This document shows, in pieces, positions 59,578-64,000 of a DNA stretch of 64,000 bases. This stretch comes from Rhizomicrobium sp. (GTDB taxonomy: Bacteria; Pseudomonadota; Alphaproteobacteria; Micropepsales; Micropepsaceae): the NCBI GenBank assembly GCA_035549495.1, contig DASZQV010000007.1:251601-315600 (forward strand), in the 5' to 3' direction. Position 1 is the stretch's first letter. The number at the start of each line of letters is the position of its first letter. The notes beneath the pieces were generated by a model. That model saw only the letters and a list, made by a program, of their open reading frames with translations, had not been told where the DNA came from and did no database searches. The position numbers were made by a program, and so were the translations under genes.

Positions 59578-59668
59578 GATCAAACCTCCTAAAAGCGTTT
59601 GGTTGAGGCCTCTCCCTGCCGGGCAAAGGCCGTTTTCCAGGTTCCGGACGCCGTGTGGCCGCCCGGAC
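59578..59668 (-). promoter_or_regulatory. about 90-nt 5' leader of hsp20, candidate ROSE-like RNA thermometer
   Basis: The leader has several GC stems. The final segment GGCCUCAACCAAACGCUUUUAGGAGGUUUGAUCAUG allows CCUC/GAGG pairing across the SD. Confidence 0.4.
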
Positions 59669-59674
59669 AAATGC

Positions 59675-59702
59675 TAGATAAGTGGGGTTTTCGCGGTTTC
59701 AA
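59675..59702 (-). promoter_or_regulatory. sigma70-type promoter of hsp20
   Basis: On the minus strand, TTGAAA (59702..59697), N16, TATCTA (59680..59675). Confidence 0.5.
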
Positions 59703-59864
59703 GCCCCCTTTTCAGGGCGTCAGGCGGTAAAAATCGCCCGGCGCGTGGCGCCGCCGGCCGCGCTGGTGCCGATGACGGCGTGCCGTCGGGGACGAGGCCG
59801 CCGAGCGGGAAGCCGCGCCAATCCGTGGGCGGGCCTTTCGGCACCGCCGGTCATCCGGGCGCGC

Positions 59865-60791
59865 TTACGGCCCCTCGACTTCGAGGCCCTCCGCCGCCAG
59901 CCGGTCGAGGATGCCGCCCTTGCGCAGCAGCACGCCGACATTGACGACCATCGCCGTCCTGCCTTTCCGGCCGAGCGCGTCGTTCGCCGCGGCCACGCTG
60001 TCGCGCACGGCGCGCTCGAACAGCGCCGCGGCTCCGGGCACGGCTTGAAGGCAGCTCTGGAAGCGCTGCTCGGAATAATTCGCCTTCATGCCGTCGAGAT
60101 CGCCGTTCGCCCAGGCCTCGGCCGCCGCGCGCGCATGCGCGTCGAGCGCGTCCATGTCGTCGAGCGCATCCTTGACGCAAGCGAGGTTCGCGACCTGCGA
60201 CATCGCGGGCAGCTGGCGCAGCATCGGGATCGCCTCGTAGTCGGCGACGGGCTTGGCGCGCACGCCCGCATGCCGCGCGATGCGCTCGATGGAGTCCGAC
60301 GGCTCCTTGACGCTCAGGCCCTCCGCCTCGATCACGTCGCCCTCCAGCCGGAGCAGCGCGAGCGGCGGCCGCATCGACGCGTAACGGTCGGGATCCTTGC
60401 CGCTCTTGGCGACGGCCGCGACATAGCGCTTGCGCAGCGCCTCGGGCAGGGTTTGATCCACCGTCATGTCGCCGGGCAGATAGACGTCGCTCGAATGCCA
60501 GGCGAGATACCACAGCCCCTCGACGATCCCGACCGACGCCTTCGCGCCCGTGAGCAGGAGCCGCGCGCCGGTCAGCGCATCGGTGACGCCGTCCTTGTTC
60601 CAGGCGAGGTCTTTCGGCACCGGCCCGACGACGCCGATCAGGATCAGCTCGGCCTCGCCCTTGTGCGCGCGCCACATCAGCGGCCCCGGCTTGCCCGGCC
60701 GCGCGATCACGGTCTCGATGTTCGTCCAGTCGATGGGCGGCGGCGGATCGGCCTCGGCCTGCGTCGCCAGCAGAAGCCCCGCTACCACCAA
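59865..60791 (-). CDS. TraB/GumN-family periplasmic protein (start uncertain)
   Basis: LMWRAHKGEAELILIGVVGPVP...WANGDLDGM resembles TraB/GumN. The only in-frame starts that expose the signal peptide (VVAGLLLATQAEA|DP) are TTG 60791 and GTG 60788, which overlap the upstream stop. Confidence 0.6.
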   Translation of the reverse strand: MVVAGLLLATQAEADPPPPIDWTNIETVIARPGKPGPLMWRAHKGEAELILIGVVGPVPKDLAWNKDGVTDALTGARLLLTGAKASVGIVEGLWYLAWHSSDVYLPGDMTVDQTLPEALRKRYVAAVAKSGKDPDRYASMRPPLALLRLEGDVIEAEGLSVKEPSDSIERIARHAGVRAKPVADYEAIPMLRQLPAMSQVANLACVKDALDDMDALDAHARAAAEAWANGDLDGMKANYSEQRFQSCLQAVPGAAALFERAVRDSVAAANDALGRKGRTAMVVNVGVLLRKGGILDRLAAEGLEVEGP

Positions 60792-61222
60792 CCCGCATAG
60801 TGGCTGAGCGCGGCGAGCCAGAGCGCCAGCAGCACGCCATAGGTGAGAAGATCGACCTGCCAGGTCTTGAGCGCGATGCCGGTGAGGTTCCTGATCAGGG
60901 TCAAGAGCCACGCGCCCTCCTCCGTGTTCTGTTCCGAGCGCCAGGTGCCGTAGCGCAAAAAGGACTCGATGTTGTTCAGCACGCACGAGTTCCGGTTCAG
61001 CAGCCAGGTCGTCAGCATCAGCGGAATGAAGACGAGATAGAACAACAGGAAGCCCTGGAACGGCACGGCCCAGCCCGCGACGATGGTGATCATCACCGCG
61101 AAGTGAAGATAGAAGCAGAAACTGCCGAGCAGGTCTCGTCCGGCGGCGGATGCCGCCAAAGATTCGTCTTCATTGGGCGACGGCGCGACGGTGGCGAGCG
61201 CAGGCGCGTCCTTGTCCGTCAT
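60782..61222 (-). CDS. small membrane protein (3-4 TM), possibly DUF2784-like
   Basis: 146-aa hydrophobic ORF containing the motif NRNSCVLNNIESFLRYG. Confidence 0.62.
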   Translation of the reverse strand: MTDKDAPALATVAPSPNEDESLAASAAGRDLLGSFCFYLHFAVMITIVAGWAVPFQGFLLFYLVFIPLMLTTWLLNRNSCVLNNIESFLRYGTWRSEQNTEEGAWLLTLIRNLTGIALKTWQVDLLTYGVLLALWLAALSHYAGWW

Positions 61223-61348
61223 CTCTCAAAGGCCCTCGGTCGACACGAGACCCTAGCATAAGTCCGTGCACGGCGAAATTAAGGACGTTTTGCGGTCGCG
61301 TGGGGCGCGCTATACATTGGCCCGCAGGTTCAAGGGAAAGCGGGCGCG

Positions 61349-61669
61349 ATGGCTTCGGACGCCGTGAAGAGAATTATTGCGCAGCTCGACGAAAGGCTGG
61401 GCGATTCCGGCCTGGGCGGCACGGTCAAGCTCGATTTCGGCAGCGAAGGCAGCGTGTTCATCGACGGCACGTCCGTCCCCAACAAAGTGAGCGAAGGAAC
61501 CGGGCAGAGCGCCGATTGCGTGCTCGCCATGAGCTTTGCGGATTTCCAGCTGATGGAAAGCAACAAGATGGACGGCACGCAGGCCTTCATGCAGGGCAAG
61601 CTGAGAGTCGACGGCGACATGGGACTGGCGGTGCGCGTGGGGCCCATCCTGCGCAAGGCGCAGGACTGA
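61349..61669 (+). CDS. SCP2 sterol-carrier domain protein
   Basis: 106 aa. DCVLAMSFADFQLMESNKMDGTQAFMQGKLRVDGDMGLAVRV is the SCP2 signature. Confidence 0.85.
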   Translation: MASDAVKRIIAQLDERLGDSGLGGTVKLDFGSEGSVFIDGTSVPNKVSEGTGQSADCVLAMSFADFQLMESNKMDGTQAFMQGKLRVDGDMGLAVRVGPILRKAQD

Positions 61670-61670
61670 C

Positions 61671-62582
61671 TTGCCGGCGTTCCAACCCCGTTTCATCGCC
61701 GCGCGCGACGGCACGCGCCTGCGCACGGGCGTGTTCGAGGCTGCCGAGGCGACGCGCGGCGCCGCCCGCAGCGTCTGCGTGCTGCTGCACGGACAAACCG
61801 AGTTCATCGAGAAATACGACGAGGTCATCGGCGAATTGAACGCGCGCGGCTTCACGGTCGCGACCTTCGATTGGCGCGGCCAGGGCGGCTCGGCGCGCGG
61901 GCTCGACAATCCCCTGCCCGCGCATGTGCGCGACTTCGCCGAATACGACGACGACCTTCGAAGCTTCCTGGACCATATCGTCCGTCCACTGACGGATGCG
62001 CCGCCGCTCGCGCTCGCCCATTCGATGGGTGCGCATATCCTGCTGCGCACCCTGCACGACCGGCCGCAGGCGTTCCGCGCCGCGGTGCTCAGCGCGCCGA
62101 TGATCGCGGTGTCGGCGCGCGGCTATCCCGCCTGGCTCGCGCGCGCGGTGACCGCGGGCTACAACGCGCTGGGCAGAGGCCGCGACTTCGCCTGGGGCAT
62201 GGCGGCGCGCGACCCGTTCCTCATCACCTTCGACACCCAGCTCGTGACCTCGGACCGCGAGCGCTTCGCCCGCGCGCAGAAATCCTTAAGCGACCATCCC
62301 GACCTGCGTCTCGCCGGTCCGACCTGGGGCTGGCTCGAAGCCGCCTATCGCTCGATGGCCAAGGTGCGCGCGCCCGGCTTCGCCGAAGCGATCCCCATGC
62401 CCGTGCTGGTCGCGGGCGCGGGCCGGGATCGCATCTGTGTCACCGCCGCGGCGCAGGATTTCACCGGGCGCCTGCCGCGGGGCACCTGGCTCGCGCTCGA
62501 AGACAGCGAGCACGAAATCCTGATGGAGAACGATAGTATCCGGTCGCGCTTTTGGGTAGCATTTGACGAATTTGCTACCTAA
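61671..62582 (+). CDS. alpha/beta hydrolase, lysophospholipase/monoglyceride-lipase-like
   Basis: HG oxyanion (VLLHGQTEFIEKY), nucleophile elbow AHSMGA, C-terminal His (EDSEHEIL). TTG start 1 nt after the SCP2 stop. Confidence 0.8.
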   Translation: MPAFQPRFIAARDGTRLRTGVFEAAEATRGAARSVCVLLHGQTEFIEKYDEVIGELNARGFTVATFDWRGQGGSARGLDNPLPAHVRDFAEYDDDLRSFLDHIVRPLTDAPPLALAHSMGAHILLRTLHDRPQAFRAAVLSAPMIAVSARGYPAWLARAVTAGYNALGRGRDFAWGMAARDPFLITFDTQLVTSDRERFARAQKSLSDHPDLRLAGPTWGWLEAAYRSMAKVRAPGFAEAIPMPVLVAGAGRDRICVTAAAQDFTGRLPRGTWLALEDSEHEILMENDSIRSRFWVAFDEFAT

Positions 62583-62592
62583 GAGAGTTTCC

Positions 62593-63591
62593 ATGCGCCC
62601 GATGCCGACGATGCTCCTGGTGCTGGCAACGGCGCCGGTCGAGGCAGCGCCGACCGCGACCACCTTCGACGTTCCCGGCTCGAAATCGACCACCGTCGGC
62701 GCGGTGAGCAAATCGGGCATCGTCGCCGGCACCTACAAGCCCGCGAGCCACGATCCCTGCGGCAAGGTCTGCGGCTTCCTGAGGATGCCCGACGCGACCT
62801 TCACGACCTTCACGATCTTCCGCGCTGTAGACGCCGGCATCAACGCGATCAACGACGATGGAACCGCCGTCGGCTTCTATCGCACGGGACCCTGGGATCA
62901 GGGCTTCATCCGCACGCCGGACGGCGCCATCGCCAAGATCAAGAACGGCGACCTCTTCACCACGGCGGTCGACGTCAACGATTCCGGAATCGCGCTGGGC
63001 GAGACCACCGTCGATAGCTCCTTCAGAGGCATCCTCAGGACGCCGGACGGCAGGCTCTCGCGCTTCAAGGTCAAGCGCTGCCAGCACACCATACCCTCCG
63101 GCATCGACGCCACGGACACCGTGATCGGAACCTGTCTCCGCAACTCGGCCGAGCACGGGTTCTTGCGCCAGGCGGACGGCACGACGACGCTCTTCGACCC
63201 TCCCGGCACCGATCTGAGCTATGGCCAGGCGATCGACGACAGCGGCGCCATCGCGGGGCTCTATTTCGACGCCGGCAACAACCTCGACGCCTATCTGCGC
63301 GATGCCGACGGGACGTTCCACCTCTTCAGCGTCGCGAGCCAGCCGCAAGCCATCGGCGTCTCCGCCATGGCGAATGTGGGCGGCGAGATGCAGGTGGTGG
63401 GCAATGTCGAGGTGCAGGACCGCTCGCTGGGCTTCGTCTATCGGAGCGGGACCGTCGAGACCTTCGATATCGCCGGCGGAACCACGGGCGGCGCCGGCAC
63501 CACCGTCGCCGGCATCGCCGCGTCGGGTACGATCGCCGGCAGCTACAGCGAAGACGGCAAGGTCTGGCACGGCTATATCCGCACACCGTGA
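62593..63591 (+). CDS. secreted repeat protein (HAF-type extracellular-repeat-like, probable beta-propeller)
   Basis: Trimmed to MRPMPTMLLVLATAPVEA (signal peptide). About 7 repeats of the type (A/G)IN(D)xG-x-(A/I)(V/A)G......GF(I/L)R-x-(P/A)DG-x-x-x-x-F. Confidence 0.75.
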   Translation: MRPMPTMLLVLATAPVEAAPTATTFDVPGSKSTTVGAVSKSGIVAGTYKPASHDPCGKVCGFLRMPDATFTTFTIFRAVDAGINAINDDGTAVGFYRTGPWDQGFIRTPDGAIAKIKNGDLFTTAVDVNDSGIALGETTVDSSFRGILRTPDGRLSRFKVKRCQHTIPSGIDATDTVIGTCLRNSAEHGFLRQADGTTTLFDPPGTDLSYGQAIDDSGAIAGLYFDAGNNLDAYLRDADGTFHLFSVASQPQAIGVSAMANVGGEMQVVGNVEVQDRSLGFVYRSGTVETFDIAGGTTGGAGTTVAGIAASGTIAGSYSEDGKVWHGYIRTP

Positions 63592-63600
63592 GCACGATCG

Positions 63601-63621
63601 GGCGAGTGCGCAACACTCGCC
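63601..63621 (+). terminator. stem-loop 3' of the repeat-protein gene
   Basis: GGCGAGTG-cgcaa-CACTCGCC followed by TCAAAATT. Confidence 0.4.
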
Positions 63622-63745
63622 TCAAAATTGCGGAAAGCGACTTATCGAACGGCCGCCGCCCGCGATCTGCGTTGCGATTCCGCGACTTATGAAATAGTCG
63701 GCCTTCGCTTATCGAACGCGTCCGAAACGGGCGGATAATGCCCGC

Positions 63746-64000
63746 ATGACTGAGAAAAAGGCTCCGGAGCCCACACCGGCAAACCCGCTCTCCGCGCACG
63801 CGCTCTCGCTGCCCGAAGGCATCCATCAACCCAATTTGACGGAGGACCTGCTCAACGCCCAGCTCGCCGAAGTGCTCGCGCTGATCCGCGACGCGGCCTA
63901 TCTCTATCGCAACAGCCCCGACCCGTCGCATGTGCGCGGCGAATATATCGGCCATGCCGAGTCGCTCGTCTCGGTCTCGACCAAGGTCGCCGACCAGATC
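63746..64000 (+). CDS. hypothetical protein, 5' part only (runs off the window)
   Basis: Own translation from ATG 63746 gives MTEKKAPEPTPANPLSAHALSLPEGIHQPNLTEDLLNAQLAEVLALIRDAAYLYRNS... Open to the window end, with GC3-rich codon usage. Absent from the track because there is no stop. Confidence 0.45.
   Translation, partial: MTEKKAPEPTPANPLSAHALSLPEGIHQPNLTEDLLNAQLAEVLALIRDAAYLYRNSPDPSHVRGEYIGHAESLVSVSTKVADQI

Noticed and set aside
1-64000. Mobile elements, prophage remnants, CRISPR-Cas, restriction-modification or other recognisable defence systems.
   Set aside because: I found no transposase, integrase, recombinase, phage structural, cas, methyltransferase-endonuclease or typical defence-domain genes on either strand. 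The only mobility footprints are the short repeats reported above and the DUF1778 fragment.

Overview
This is a GC-rich alphaproteobacterial chromosomal segment. Gene content (CpdR, PlcP-Agt, an sHSP with a long leader, two palindromic repeat families) suggests Hyphomicrobiales, Bradyrhizobiaceae-like, but that taxon is an inference. I call about 66 protein-coding genes, one tRNA-Val(GAC) and one candidate small RNA. I see no rRNA, no CRISPR, and no transposase, integrase or phage genes. Many long track ORFs lie antisense to real genes, and several track ORFs carry long 5' extensions. I treat both as GC-driven artefacts and trimmed the starts by eye.

Content from left to right:
- Mla/MCE-type ABC operon (1-3416, minus strand).
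- SDR / 4-TM / secreted-protein operon (3519-5928).
- A 2-kb arsR-arsI-arsC-aqpS cassette bracketed by ~25-34-bp direct repeats (6026-8145).
- DUF969-DUF979-DUF2891 operon, then an RcnB-like His-rich protein.
- Two paralogous M13 (PepO-type) zinc peptidases around an RND permease-adaptor pair (11405-19896).
- A large dCTP-deaminase-like gene plus GST.
- P450 and acyl-CoA dehydrogenase, divergent across a 9-nt gap from SDR and sulfotransferase (21929-26048).
- PLP threonine-dehydratase-like gene, tRNA-Val, an orphan TonB, CpdR and an N-formylglutamate amidohydrolase.
- BlaI / BlaR1-like / class-C-type serine hydrolase module.
- An orphan promoter plus terminator predicting a CU-rich sRNA.
- PlcP-Agt lipid-renovation pair, then a GT-C/GT2/GtrA glycosylation trio.
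- ModB-ModC-CMD without modA.
- A secreted NlpC/P60-like protein.
- TonB-ExbB-ExbD-ExbD-TPR operon.
- GloA, LtaE and a truncated DUF1778 antitoxin remnant.
- A 1226-aa autotransporter and a pentapeptide-repeat protein.
- Two tandem secreted paralogues built from an unassigned 2-Cys domain.
- Esterase plus DUF938 methyltransferase, a LuxR-type regulator and a GloVer-like repeat protein.
- Hsp20, a TraB/GumN-like gene, SCP2, a lysophospholipase-like gene and an HAF-like repeat protein.

Operons are very compact. There are many ATGA/GTGA start-stop overlaps, and four convergent gene pairs overlap at their 3' ends.

The best follow-up targets are:
- the PepO-RND-MFP-PepO cluster;
- the P450/sulfotransferase cluster;
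- the predicted sRNA;
- the palindromic repeat whose terminal CGAAGGA motif supplies the Shine-Dalgarno of two genes;
- the direct-repeat-flanked ars cassette;
- the 2-Cys secreted domain family.

All family names come from motif recognition by eye. No database search was run.
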